The notes under the pieces were generated by a model that was given only the letters and a program-made list of their open reading frames with translations, was not told where the DNA came from and made no database searches. The translations under genes were made by a program, and so were the position numbers. Source: Eubacteriales bacterium (lineage in GTDB: Bacteria > Bacillota > Clostridia > Oscillospirales > CAG-272). Taken from it: a stretch of 64,000 nt of DNA. The DNA is taken from the NCBI GenBank assembly GCA_045658925.1, contig JAZOVV010000051.1:734-64733 (forward strand), given 5' to 3'. This document shows, piece after piece, positions 26,485 through 36,205 of this stretch; the stretch's first letter is position 1; every line of letters starts with the position of its first letter.

Positions 26485-27828
26485 ATGCAGAATGAATTGA
26501 TTAAGCGCCTGCCGTTCTCAATGCCGGCAGAGCAATCGCTCCTTGGAGCGATTCTTATCGACCCCGTCTCCATTACACAGGTGGCGGACTTGCTCAACTC
26601 CGAGGATTTCTATCTTGAGGAGCATAAGCAGATTTATCTTGCTATGCAAGAGCTCTTTATGGCAAACAGCGAAATCGACGTGGTCACCCTCATCGATATG
26701 CTGGTTACCAAGGGCATTTACAATAAGTCGGGTGGCGAGGATTATATCCGCACCTTGACCGATGCCGTTCCGGATGCGCTCAACATCAAGGACTATGCTC
26801 GCATTGTCAAAGAGAAGAGTGTGCTCCGTCAGCTCATCGGCGCGTGCAGTGAGATTTCCGAGGCGGCGTATTCCGAGCAAGAGTCGGTCGTTGACATTAT
26901 CGACCACGCCGAAAATCTCATTTTTAACATCGCGCAGGGTAGAGATACCAAGGGCTTCCGTCACATCAAGGACGTTCTTGGCGATGTTTACGCGCATCTG
27001 CACGACCTGAACACCAACAAAGAGGCTACACAGGGAACGCAAACCGGCTTCTCGGCTCTTGACCGCGTTTTGGCAGGTCTTGGCAAGAGTGACCTTGTTT
27101 TGGTTGGTGCGCGTCCCGGTATGGGTAAGACCTCTTTTGCGCTCAACATTGCTACCAACGTGGCAAAGCAGACCAAAAAGACGGTTTGTATCTTCTCCTT
27201 GGAAATGTCTGCCGACCAGCTTGTCAACCGTGTGTTGGCGAGCGAAGCACTTGTTAACAGCTATAGCTTGCGTACCGGTGAATTGGCACCCGCCGATTGG
27301 GAGAATCTTGCCAGAGCCGCAGGCGAGCTTGCAGGCTGTGATATTCTCATTGACGATACTTCGGGTATGACGGTTACCGCAATGAAGGCAAAGTTGCGCC
27401 GTGTAAAGAACCTTGGTATGGTTATTATCGACTATCTTGGCTTGATGTCCGGTGACAAGCACACCGAAAACCGCGTACAAGAGGTTTCCGAAATCTCGCG
27501 TTCTCTCAAGATTATGGCAAAAGAACTGATGGTTCCCATCGTTTGCTGTGCACAGCTTTCGCGTGGACCGGAGTCCCGTACCGACAAAAAGCCGATGCTT
27601 TCCGACCTGCGTGACTCGGGTGCTATCGAGCAGGATGCCGATACCGTCATTTTCCTTTACCGTAGCGAATACTATAAAACGGATGACGCGGCAGGGCAGG
27701 ATACCAGTATTGCCGAGGTCATTATTGCAAAGAACCGTCACGGCTCTACGGGCACGGTCAATATGGGCTGGAACGGTCAGTTCACCAAGTTCGTAACGAT
27801 TGCCGACGACCGCGACGTAGGCGTATGA
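26485..27828 (+). CDS. dnaB: replicative DNA helicase
   Basis: 447 aa. Walker A GARPGMGKTSF and the DnaB N-terminal pattern P...AEQSLLGAIL. No intein. Confidence 0.95.
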   Translation: MQNELIKRLPFSMPAEQSLLGAILIDPVSITQVADLLNSEDFYLEEHKQIYLAMQELFMANSEIDVVTLIDMLVTKGIYNKSGGEDYIRTLTDAVPDALNIKDYARIVKEKSVLRQLIGACSEISEAAYSEQESVVDIIDHAENLIFNIAQGRDTKGFRHIKDVLGDVYAHLHDLNTNKEATQGTQTGFSALDRVLAGLGKSDLVLVGARPGMGKTSFALNIATNVAKQTKKTVCIFSLEMSADQLVNRVLASEALVNSYSLRTGELAPADWENLARAAGELAGCDILIDDTSGMTVTAMKAKLRRVKNLGMVIIDYLGLMSGDKHTENRVQEVSEISRSLKIMAKELMVPIVCCAQLSRGPESRTDKKPMLSDLRDSGAIEQDADTVIFLYRSEYYKTDDAAGQDTSIAEVIIAKNRHGSTGTVNMGWNGQFTKFVTIADDRDVGV

Positions 27829-29225
27829 CAAAACAACTCGTACAAAAAGGAAAGCTCACCGACCCACGCAAATTGGCAGGGCTCGCATCCAATGTCCCCG
27901 TGCTGTTAGCATTTTCGGGCGGTGCCGATTCGGTGGCTCTGTTGGATATGATGCAAAAAGAGTATCCCACCGCCCCCATACTGTTGGCACACGTCAATCA
28001 CGGCATTCGCGGAGAAGAAGCTTTGCGCGACCGCGCGTTTTGTGAGAAGATAGCCCAAGAGCGAGGACTGGAGATTGCCTTTCTTGACGTCGACGTTCCT
28101 GCTCTTGCCAAAGAACAAGGAAAAGGACTTGAGGAAGCCGCACGCGAGGTGCGCTATGCCTTTTTTGCAGATTTGATGAGAGAAAGAGACATTCCTCTCT
28201 TGCTCACGGCGCATCACGCCGACGACCATCTCGAAACCGTCCTTTTCCGCATCGCACGCGGCACAGGACTTTCGGGGCTGTGCGGTATCACCCCCATCCG
28301 TCCCTTTGATGTGGGACATCTTGTGCGCCCATTGCTCGGGTTTTCCAAAGCAGATATTTTGGCGTATTGCCAAGAACAAAATCTTGATTTTGTTACCGAC
28401 AGTACCAATGCAGATACCACTTATGCACGCAACCGCATCCGCGCGGATATGATTCCTGTAATGGATTCACTCTATACCGATGCATCCTATCGCGCCGTGC
28501 GTATGAGCGCGGAGCTCTTTGAGGACGCCGACTATCTTTGCGGTGTTGCGACTGCTTTTGTGGAGAAAAACAGCAAAGCGAGCGGTATAAGTATGCAAGC
28601 ATTGCAAAGTGCACATCCCGCTATTCGCCGCCGCGCATTGCAAATGTGGTTTGAAGCGGAGAGGGGGGCAACCCTTGAGTCGGTTCATCTACAAGCGCTT
28701 TTGGAGCTTGTTGAAAACGCCGACAAAACCGCGCGTGTGGCATTGCCAACAGGTGTTTCGGCATACTGCGCGGCGCGAGGTCGACTTTCTCTTATCAAAA
28801 CCAAGCCGAAGCCCATAGACGATTACACGTTGCCGCTGACGCTTGGAGAGACGCAGATTCCCAACACCGATATTTCTATTTGCATCACACCCATAGAAGA
28901 TCCCAACGCCGTCGACAAACGCGGCGGGAACGTTCTTGTGCTGATGGGAGAATGGGAAGATCTACAAAACGTGCTCACGTGGCGCAACCGCCGCGAGGGG
29001 GACGTTATGATGCTTGGCAAAATGCACCGCCAAGTTCGCCGACTTTGGGCTGCGCAGAAAATTCCCACCGAACTGCGCCAAGCTTTGCCGCTGCTTTGTC
29101 GGGGCGAAGAAATTGTTTGGACACCCTTTGTAGGCACATCCGACGATTTTGTAGGCAAAGTGGCAAGAGGGAATTTCCCTCTTGCTTACAAAATTGAAAT
29201 CAACGTATCAAACAACGTGTTTTGA
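27825..29225 (+). CDS. tilS: tRNA(Ile)-lysidine synthase
   Basis: PP-loop SGGADS. ATGA overlap with the dnaB stop. 466 aa. Confidence 0.9.
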   Translation: MTKQLVQKGKLTDPRKLAGLASNVPVLLAFSGGADSVALLDMMQKEYPTAPILLAHVNHGIRGEEALRDRAFCEKIAQERGLEIAFLDVDVPALAKEQGKGLEEAAREVRYAFFADLMRERDIPLLLTAHHADDHLETVLFRIARGTGLSGLCGITPIRPFDVGHLVRPLLGFSKADILAYCQEQNLDFVTDSTNADTTYARNRIRADMIPVMDSLYTDASYRAVRMSAELFEDADYLCGVATAFVEKNSKASGISMQALQSAHPAIRRRALQMWFEAERGATLESVHLQALLELVENADKTARVALPTGVSAYCAARGRLSLIKTKPKPIDDYTLPLTLGETQIPNTDISICITPIEDPNAVDKRGGNVLVLMGEWEDLQNVLTWRNRREGDVMMLGKMHRQVRRLWAAQKIPTELRQALPLLCRGEEIVWTPFVGTSDDFVGKVARGNFPLAYKIEINVSNNVF

Positions 29226-29251
29226 GAACACAAAAAGAAAGGAAGATTGTT

Positions 29252-29806
29252 ATGCACCAAATGAAGGATGACATCAAGTATATTTTGGCTGATGAAAACA
29301 AGATTGCAGAAACCTGTGATAGACTTGCCGTACAAATCAATGCCGACTATCCCGATGTCGATCGCGAGCTTATTTTTGTTATTGTGCTCAAGGGGTCTGT
29401 CTTGTTTGCAACCGACCTTATCCGCCGCGTCAACCGTCCTTGCACAATGGAGTTTATGAAGGTATCCTCCTACGGCGCAGGCGTTGCAACGTCGGGCTTT
29501 ATTCAGGTCAGCCTTGACCTCAAGCGTGACATTAAGGATTGTGACGTTATCATTATTGAGGATATCATCGATAGCGGTCGCACGCTGCAAAAGCTTTGCT
29601 CCCTTCTTGCCGACCGCGGTGCACATAGCGTTAAGTGCTGCACGCTTTTGGATAAGCCTTCTCGCCGCCAGGTAGAAATGGCAGCAGACTACACAGGCAT
29701 CGTTATTCCCGATGAGTTTGTAGTTGGCTACGGTTTGGACTATGCAGAATACTATCGCAATCTTCCGTACATCGGCGTTCTCGATCCGTCGGTTTACAGC
29801 GAGTAA
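29252..29806 (+). CDS. hpt: hypoxanthine phosphoribosyltransferase
   Basis: PRPP-binding motif VIIIEDIIDSGRTL. AAAGGAAG RBS before the ATG at 29252. Confidence 0.9.
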   Translation: MHQMKDDIKYILADENKIAETCDRLAVQINADYPDVDRELIFVIVLKGSVLFATDLIRRVNRPCTMEFMKVSSYGAGVATSGFIQVSLDLKRDIKDCDVIIIEDIIDSGRTLQKLCSLLADRGAHSVKCCTLLDKPSRRQVEMAADYTGIVIPDEFVVGYGLDYAEYYRNLPYIGVLDPSVYSE

Positions 29807-29845
29807 TAATATGAAGATCCCCGAGGGGGAAGGAGTTACAGATTT

Positions 29846-31912
29846 ATGAAGAAGAAAAACAGTTTTGGCCGTCAGTTACTCTTGTATGCAGTGCTGTTTG
29901 GCGTTATCATCGTTATGCTCTCGTCACTGTTCTACAAGGACACAAAGGGCACAGCGATTGATAACTACAGCGAGTTGGCGACCTATATCAAAAACAACGA
30001 GGTAAAATCGGTATACGTCCACAACACGGGCGAGGTTACCCTAACGCTTACCGACGATTCGCAAAAGAGCTACAAGCTTGCGTACGTTGATATGTTCTAC
30101 CAAGATTTCCAAAAGATACTTTTGGATAACAACGTAGTCATTGAGTATCAACCGCAAGCAACTATGCCTTGGTGGGTCAGCCTTTTGCCTACACTCGGCA
30201 TCATCATTCTTTTTGTCGTTATTTATTTCATTTCGTTCCGCAGAATGGGCGGTGGCGGCGGCAAGTTCAATTCCTTTGGCAAGGCGCGTGTCAAAACGCC
30301 CGAGGTGGATGAGAACAAGCGTATACTCTTCCGCGACGTAGCGGGTGCCGACGAAGAAAAGGAAGAACTTGTTGAAATTGTTGAGTTCCTCAAGGATCCC
30401 GCAAAGTTCACAAAGCTCGGTGCAAAAATTCCGCACGGCGTTCTTTTGCAAGGCCCTCCCGGTACGGGTAAAACCCTCTTGGCAAAGGCAGTTGCCGGCG
30501 AAGCGGGTGTTCCTTTCTACTCGATTTCGGGTTCCGATTTTGTAGAAATGTACGTTGGTGTCGGTGCATCGCGTGTACGAGATCTGTTTGATACCGCACG
30601 CAAATCTCCCGCGGCAATTATCTTTATCGATGAAATCGACGCTGTTGGACGTCACCGTGGCGCAGGTCTTGGCGGCGGACACGATGAGCGTGAGCAAACC
30701 CTCAACCAGTTGCTCGTTGAAATGGACGGCTTTGGCTCGCACGACGGTATCATCGTTATTGCGGCAACCAACCGCCCCGACATCCTTGACCCCGCACTCC
30801 TTCGTCCCGGACGTTTTGACCGTCAAATTACGGTCAACTATCCCGATATGAAGGGTAGAGAAGAAATTTTGAAGGTTCACGCACGCAACAAGCCTCTCGA
30901 GTCTGGTGTTGATTTTCACAAAGTTGCACAGTCCACCGTTGGCTTTACGGGTGCCGACCTTGCAAACCTCTTAAACGAGGCGGCATTGCTTGCCGCAAAG
31001 AAGGGCAAGAGCCTTATCGGTATGGAAGATATCGAGGCTGCCTTTATGAAGGAGCTTCTCGGGCCTCAAAAGAAGGCCAAGGTCCGCACCGAAAAAGAAA
31101 ACAAGCTCACCGCTTATCACGAGGCAGGTCACGCAGTTGTTTCCTATTACTGCAAGAACACCGACCCCGTTAAGTATATCACCATTATTCCCGCAGGCAG
31201 AGCCGGCGGTGTAACCGTCAGTGTGCCCGAGGTTGATACCTCTTACAACACACGCGGAGATATGATCGACCGTATTCGTATGAGCCTTGGTGGACGTATT
31301 GCCGAGGAACTGATTATGGATGATATTTCCACCGGCGCATCGGGTGACATTCAACAAGCTACCAAGATCGCACGCGGAATGGTAACTCGCTACGGTATGA
31401 GTGACCGTCTCGGTACTGTTCTTTACGGTTCGGGTCACTCCGAGGTATTCCTTGGCCGTGACTACGGTACGGGTAAAGAATACTCCGAGCAGACCGCATC
31501 TGTTATTGATGAAGAGATTCAACGTATCATCAACGAATGCTATGCCGATGCAAAGGCAATTCTTTCCGAACACATCGACAAGCTCCACTTTGTAGCGCAG
31601 TATCTGCTCGGTCACGAAACTATGGATGGCGACCAATTCAAGGCCGCTATGCAAGACGGTGCAACCGTTGAGCAGCTTGAGGCGATTGCCGCAGAGAAGG
31701 CAGAAAAGAGCCGCCGCGACAACGAGGAGCGCGCAAAACGTCAAGCCGAGGAAGAGGCAAAGAAAGCCGCAGAAACGAAGACGGAGTCCCACGAAGAATC
31801 TTCCAACGATCAAAACAGTGAGGAAGACCAATCCTCTCAAGAAGAGAAACAGGATGAAGACGACAACAACCACGACGACAACGGTTGGGGCAACTTCATT
31901 CACCGCAAATAA
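29846..31912 (+). CDS. ftsH: ATP-dependent zinc metalloprotease FtsH
   Basis: Two TM helices, Walker [14 protein letters not shown] and the zinc site HEAGHA. The C-terminal tail is acidic and Ser/Asp/Glu-rich. Confidence 0.95.
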   Translation: MKKKNSFGRQLLLYAVLFGVIIVMLSSLFYKDTKGTAIDNYSELATYIKNNEVKSVYVHNTGEVTLTLTDDSQKSYKLAYVDMFYQDFQKILLDNNVVIEYQPQATMPWWVSLLPTLGIIILFVVIYFISFRRMGGGGGKFNSFGKARVKTPEVDENKRILFRDVAGADEEKEELVEIVEFLKDPAKFTKLGAKIPHGVLLQGPPGTGKTLLAKAVAGEAGVPFYSISGSDFVEMYVGVGASRVRDLFDTARKSPAAIIFIDEIDAVGRHRGAGLGGGHDEREQTLNQLLVEMDGFGSHDGIIVIAATNRPDILDPALLRPGRFDRQITVNYPDMKGREEILKVHARNKPLESGVDFHKVAQSTVGFTGADLANLLNEAALLAAKKGKSLIGMEDIEAAFMKELLGPQKKAKVRTEKENKLTAYHEAGHAVVSYYCKNTDPVKYITIIPAGRAGGVTVSVPEVDTSYNTRGDMIDRIRMSLGGRIAEELIMDDISTGASGDIQQATKIARGMVTRYGMSDRLGTVLYGSGHSEVFLGRDYGTGKEYSEQTASVIDEEIQRIINECYADAKAILSEHIDKLHFVAQYLLGHETMDGDQFKAAMQDGATVEQLEAIAAEKAEKSRRDNEERAKRQAEEEAKKAAETKTESHEESSNDQNSEEDQSSQEEKQDEDDNNHDDNGWGNFIHRK

Positions 31913-31921
31913 AACAAAAAT

Positions 31922-31954
31922 AAAAGCGAATCCGCCAAGCGGATGCGCTTTTTG
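31922..31954. terminator. bidirectional terminator
   Basis: AAAA, then GCGAATCCGC pairing with GCGGATGCGC, then TTTTT. Confidence 0.65.
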
Positions 31955-31965
31955 TATGTTGAAGA

Positions 31966-32115
31966 TTAGTCTTCCTTTTTCTTTCTTGAAGCAAGTTTGT
32001 TCAAAATCATTGTCGTCAAAATGATAATGCCCATAACGACCATGATACCGAGCATGCCTTTGCCAAGAGTAACTAAGCTTTCAATAAATCTTCCGGGGAT
32101 GGGTTGTTCAAACAT
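31966..32115 (-). CDS. 49-aa single-TM protein (OadG-like small subunit?); below the ORF-track size cut-off
   Basis: My translation is MFEQPIPGRFIESLVTLGKGMLGIMVVMGIIILTTMILNKLASRKKKED. AAGGAGG lies 7 nt upstream of the ATG at 32115. It starts 13 nt after the oadB-like stop. Confidence 0.45.
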   Translation of the reverse strand: MFEQPIPGRFIESLVTLGKGMLGIMVVMGIIILTTMILNKLASRKKKED

Positions 32116-32128
32116 TTTTAATTCCTCC

Positions 32129-33307
32129 TTAACCAAAGAAACTCAAAATCAAACCACCCGCAATAACGGATGCGATTTGACCCGAAACGTTAACACCGAT
32201 GGAGTGCATCAAAAGGAAGTTTTGGGGATCCTCTTGCAAGCCCATCTTATGTACGATACGACCGGACATAGGGAATGCGGAAATACCTGCGGCACCAATC
32301 ATAGGATTGATCTTTTTCTTGGAGAAGAGGTTGAGCAGTTTTGCAAAGAGAACACCGCCTGCAGTATCGAAAATGAATGCGAACAGACCAAGACCAAGGA
32401 TGAGCAGAGTATCCACTTTAAGGAATTTATCTGCGGTCATGCATGTGGAAATAGAGATGCCCAAGAAGATGGTAACAAGGTTTGCGAGTACTTTTTGCGC
32501 GGTTTCGGAGAGAGAATCAAGAACACCACACTCACGAATGAGGTTACCGAACATCAAGAAACCTACAAGAGATACTGCGGTAGGAGCAACGATACCTGCG
32601 ATGAGAGTGATGACAATGGGGAAGAGAATACGCGTTGTTTTGGTAACTTCCTTTGCCTCATAAGGCATACGGATCATACGCTCTTTCTTTGTTGTAAGGA
32701 GTTTGATAATAGGGGGTTGAATGATGGGAACAAGTGCCATATAGGAATAAGCAGCTACCATAATAGCACCAATAATATGCTCCATATTCGGATCAGAACC
32801 AATCAACTTTTGAGAAACGGCAATCGCGGTAGGACCGTCTGCCGCACCAATTACAGCAATGGATGCCGCAGCATTATCAGGGAAGAAAATGGATGCGATG
32901 CAAAGTGTAATGAAAATACCAAATTGTGCCGCTGCACCAAAAATCATCAATTTGGGATTGGAGAGCAGGGGACCGAAGTCGATCATCGCACCAATACCGA
33001 TGAAAAGGAGCAGGGGGAAGAGCTCGTTTGCAATACCTGCATTGTAAAGCGTGGTAAGTGCGCCGGTGTGCTCGGCAATTTCTTCTGAAAAAGGGAATGC
33101 GAATCCTGCTTCTGCAACTGCATCAGCAAAGGGGATGTTTGCCAAAATAGTACCAAAGCCCATTGGTAGAAGAAGAGTTGGTTCCATTTCTTTTTTGATA
33201 GCGAGGAAAATCAAAACGCCGCCGATGAGCCACATAGCAATCATTTTCCAAGCATCACCTTGAAACAGAAAAACGATGTTTTCCCAAAGGAATGACAAGA
33301 AATCCAT
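32129..33307 (-). CDS. sodium ion-translocating decarboxylase beta subunit (OadB/GcdB/MmdB family)
   Basis: 392 aa, polytopic. The N-terminus ..MIAMWLIGGVLIFLAIKKEMEPTLLLPMGFGTILANIP.. is characteristic of this family. Confidence 0.85.
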   Translation of the reverse strand: MDFLSFLWENIVFLFQGDAWKMIAMWLIGGVLIFLAIKKEMEPTLLLPMGFGTILANIPFADAVAEAGFAFPFSEEIAEHTGALTTLYNAGIANELFPLLLFIGIGAMIDFGPLLSNPKLMIFGAAAQFGIFITLCIASIFFPDNAAASIAVIGAADGPTAIAVSQKLIGSDPNMEHIIGAIMVAAYSYMALVPIIQPPIIKLLTTKKERMIRMPYEAKEVTKTTRILFPIVITLIAGIVAPTAVSLVGFLMFGNLIRECGVLDSLSETAQKVLANLVTIFLGISISTCMTADKFLKVDTLLILGLGLFAFIFDTAGGVLFAKLLNLFSKKKINPMIGAAGISAFPMSGRIVHKMGLQEDPQNFLLMHSIGVNVSGQIASVIAGGLILSFFG

Positions 33308-33503
33308 AGTATAGTTCCTTTCTTTCATAAAATGATAAAATTACCCAATCATTATACCGCAAACGGCTAAAAAATTCTATGGAGAATTTGTTAAAAAAAC
33401 GCCCCAAAAATGAATAATTTGTAAATGTCTGCCGCTTTTTTAGTGTAGATAAAGATATATTATAAATAGGTAAATTTTTTTCTTTGAAATCGACAAAAAC
33501 AAC

Positions 33504-33532
33504 TTGAAAACCACACTTCCGTATGCTATAAT
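33504..33532 (+). promoter_or_regulatory. sigma-A type promoter
   Basis: TTGAAA (33504-33509), 17-nt spacer, TATAAT (33527-33532). Confidence 0.5.
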
Positions 33533-33581
33533 ATAAAATGAGGGGATATGGCCCTCAATCTCAAGAAAGGAACAAGCAGCG

Positions 33582-35132
33582 TTGCAAAATCTTATCAAAT
33601 CCAAGCTTTCCGAGTCGCTTTTTTCTATCATTCCCATAGCGCTTATCGTAGCCGCATTGGCAATTACGCTGACACCAATGGAGCCGGGAATTTTCCTGCT
33701 CTTTCTGTTTGGTGTTGTATTTCTTATTGTCGGTCTTTCGCTCTTTACAATGGGAGCGGAGATGTCAATGCAAACGATTGGTTCTAAAATCGGTTCTTAT
33801 CTTGCAAAATCAAATAAGATTTGGCTTATCGCGCTTGTCAGCTTTCTCATTGGTGTGTTCGTAACCATTTCCGAGCCCGACCTGCAAATTTTGGCAGGGC
33901 AGGTTGCCGAGCTTTCGGGCAACGCCGATATGATGCTGATTTTAACCTTGACCATTTCGCTTGGCGTTGGTATTTTCTTAATTATTGGTATGCTGCGCAT
34001 TATGTTCAAGGTTAGCCTCTCACTTTTGCTCATTGTTTTTTACATCATTACCTTTGGCCTTTGTGTATTCTTCGTTTCTCCCGATTTTTGGGCACTCGCC
34101 TTCGACTCGGGTGGAGTTACCACAGGACCTATGACCGTTCCTTTTATTATGGCAATCGGCGCGGGTGTATCGAGTATGCGCTCGGGCGAGGAAGGGCACG
34201 ACGATGCCTTCGGCCTTGTTTCGCTTTGCAGCGTAGGACCAATCCTCTCCGTTATGGTGCTTGGCATCTGCTTCTCGATTAGTGGCGGAAGCTACGAGGG
34301 TAACCCCATTGAGCAGATCGTCAATACGCAAGACCTCACCGTGCGCTATTTGCACGGCTTTGCGGAACACGCAAAGGATATTGCGGTCGCTCTTCTCCCT
34401 ATTATCGTATTTGCACTTTTGTTCCAGCTTCTCACACGCGCATTCAGTGCACGTAAGCTGCTCAGAGTTGGCATTGGTATCGTTTATACCTTTGTGGGAC
34501 TTGTTATCTTCCTCACCGGTGCTAACGAAGGCTTTTTGCCCGTAGGTCAAGAGCTTGGCAGAGCACTTGCTTCTTTGAACAGCGTTTGGAAGTGGGTTCT
34601 CATTCCCATCGGTATGCTGCTCGGTTACTTTATCGTCAACGCAGAGCCTGCCGTTTATGTACTGAATAAGCAAGTAGAACAAATCACCGCAGGTGCCATT
34701 TCGGCATCGACGATGCGTCTCGCGCTTTCTGTTGGTGTGTCTGCCGCATTGGGACTTTCGATGCTCCGTGTACTGACCGGCATCAATATTCTTTGGATTC
34801 TCGTTCCCGGATACGTAATTGCTCTGGGACTGACCTTCTTTGTGCCCAAATTCTTCGTTGGTATCGCATTCGACTCCGGTGGAGTTGCGAGCGGTGCTAT
34901 GATGAGTGCATTTGTTCTGCCTTTGGCTACGGGTGCTTGTCTCGCCCTTGGCGAGAGCGTGATGACGCAAGCATTCGGATGCGTAGCATTTGTAGCACTC
35001 ACGCCTATTATCTCCATTCAGGTTTGCGGCCTAATTTACAATTACAAATCTCGCGTAGCGGTCAGCCGCTTCATTTCCGAGCAGGAATACTTCATCGACT
35101 ACACTACAGAGAATAGGGAGGTGCACAACTGA
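33582..35132 (+). CDS. DUF1538 family membrane protein (TTG start)
   Basis: 516 aa and polytopic, with two homologous halves. The pattern ..LFTMGAEMSMQ.IG.. together with a following P-II gene is the usual DUF1538 context. Confidence 0.8.
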   Translation: MQNLIKSKLSESLFSIIPIALIVAALAITLTPMEPGIFLLFLFGVVFLIVGLSLFTMGAEMSMQTIGSKIGSYLAKSNKIWLIALVSFLIGVFVTISEPDLQILAGQVAELSGNADMMLILTLTISLGVGIFLIIGMLRIMFKVSLSLLLIVFYIITFGLCVFFVSPDFWALAFDSGGVTTGPMTVPFIMAIGAGVSSMRSGEEGHDDAFGLVSLCSVGPILSVMVLGICFSISGGSYEGNPIEQIVNTQDLTVRYLHGFAEHAKDIAVALLPIIVFALLFQLLTRAFSARKLLRVGIGIVYTFVGLVIFLTGANEGFLPVGQELGRALASLNSVWKWVLIPIGMLLGYFIVNAEPAVYVLNKQVEQITAGAISASTMRLALSVGVSAALGLSMLRVLTGINILWILVPGYVIALGLTFFVPKFFVGIAFDSGGVASGAMMSAFVLPLATGACLALGESVMTQAFGCVAFVALTPIISIQVCGLIYNYKSRVAVSRFISEQEYFIDYTTENREVHN

Positions 35133-35851
35133 TGGCAAAGCGTACAACAACCGAAAAACGCGTTAAGCTCCTGGTGTGCATCATCAAAAAGGGGGACGAA
35201 ATTGCTCTCACTGAGGCTTGCAACGAGCAATGTGCGGCATTGAGCTTTTCGGGCTTGGGATACGGTACGGCAAAGTCGCATTACTTGAGCTATTTGGGAC
35301 TTGATGAAATCGAAAAACGCATTGTTTACTCGCTTATCCCGAACTACTGTGAGGCTCGCGTTCTGCGCGCTATCAACAAAAAGCTCAAGCTCTACTTGAT
35401 GGGCAACGGAATTGCCTTTACCATTCCGCTCTCGGGCATCTCTAATCTTGTCAGCAACGCAATCCTTTCCACACCGACGCGCGAGGATGCCGAGGCGCAA
35501 AAAAATACCAAAGAAAGAGGGAAACGACAAATGCACGAGCTCATCGTTGCCGTAGTCAATCAAAAATTTACCGATGCCGTTCTGGATGCCAGCCGTGCGG
35601 CAGGAGCAACGGGTGCAACCATTTTGCACACGCGTAGCGTCAACAATAAGCAGGTCGAGCAGATTATCGGCACCACCTTTAAGCAGGAGACCGACACCAT
35701 CGCTTTCTTGACCTCGCACGAATACAAGCAAAAAATTATGGAAGCCATCCGCGAATGCGCGGGACTGAAAACCGATGGCGGCGCAATCCTTTTCTCGCTC
35801 CCCGTTGATTCTCTCGTGGGAATCGGACGTTTTGAAGAGGACGAAGAATAA
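35132..35851 (+). CDS. P-II-like signal-transduction protein (tandem P-II-type domains)
   Basis: Start overlaps the DUF1538 stop. The C-terminal half (HELIVAVVNQKFTDAVLDASRAAGATGATIL..) is P-II-like and the N-terminal half is degenerate. Confidence 0.7.
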   Translation: MAKRTTTEKRVKLLVCIIKKGDEIALTEACNEQCAALSFSGLGYGTAKSHYLSYLGLDEIEKRIVYSLIPNYCEARVLRAINKKLKLYLMGNGIAFTIPLSGISNLVSNAILSTPTREDAEAQKNTKERGKRQMHELIVAVVNQKFTDAVLDASRAAGATGATILHTRSVNNKQVEQIIGTTFKQETDTIAFLTSHEYKQKIMEAIRECAGLKTDGGAILFSLPVDSLVGIGRFEEDEE

Positions 35852-35865
35852 TGAAATAACCACCA

Positions 35866-35896
35866 AACCGCACCTGTGTAGCAGGTGCGGTTTTTG
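35866..35896 (+). terminator. intrinsic terminator
   Basis: AAACCGCACCTG pairs with CAGGTGCGGTTT, followed by TT. Confidence 0.75.
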
Positions 35897-35947
35897 CATA
35901 CCGAAACGATAATTCAATAGATTTGAGAATATTTTTTGCCATTTCTC

Positions 35948-35976
35948 TTTACAAATGTGCAAAAGCGTGCTATAAT
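35948..35976 (+). promoter_or_regulatory. sigma-A type promoter
   Basis: TTTACA (35948-35953), 17-nt spacer, TATAAT (35971-35976) with an upstream TG. Confidence 0.6.
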
Positions 35977-35982
35977 GGTTAT

Positions 35983-36205
35983 GCCAAACGAACTTAATAA
36001 TTTTCGCGCGATAGGTGTTTTTTCTTTTTGGGATAAAATGCCCCTTTTTGTCGCACTATAAAACAGGATCCATTTTGGTAAAAATGCGACTCTCGTTTTT
36101 ATGGTGCGACTAAAAAGCATCCTATCAGCGGAAATAAGTTCGTTTGGCGACAACTTGGAGTTGCGTTTTTCGGTGCGGTAACTTCGGTTGCCGCACTTTT
36201 TGTTT
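35983..36205 (+). promoter_or_regulatory. structured 5' leader with two terminator hairpins (attenuator candidate, copy L2)
   Basis: 14-bp closing stem 35983-35996/36135-36148. Nested stems 36008-36015/36121-36129 and 36050-36055/36085-36090. Terminator 36173-36182/36187-36196 followed by TTTTTGTTT. Confidence 0.6.

Noticed and set aside
26518-27831. 437-aa minus-strand ORF
   Set aside because: It is antisense to dnaB, which has Walker A and a DnaB N-terminal domain on the plus strand.
31997-33088. 363-aa plus-strand ORF opposite the oadB-like gene. The same pattern applies to the long mirror ORFs at 8001-9149, 17507-18352, 21412-22239, 30041-31903, 34020-34970, 35099-35962, 44440-46256, 47267-48022, 50190-50921, 55391-56999 and 57468-58319.
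   Set aside because: All are antisense to genes with recognisable motifs. They lack RBSs and have Cys/His/Arg-rich low-plausibility translations.
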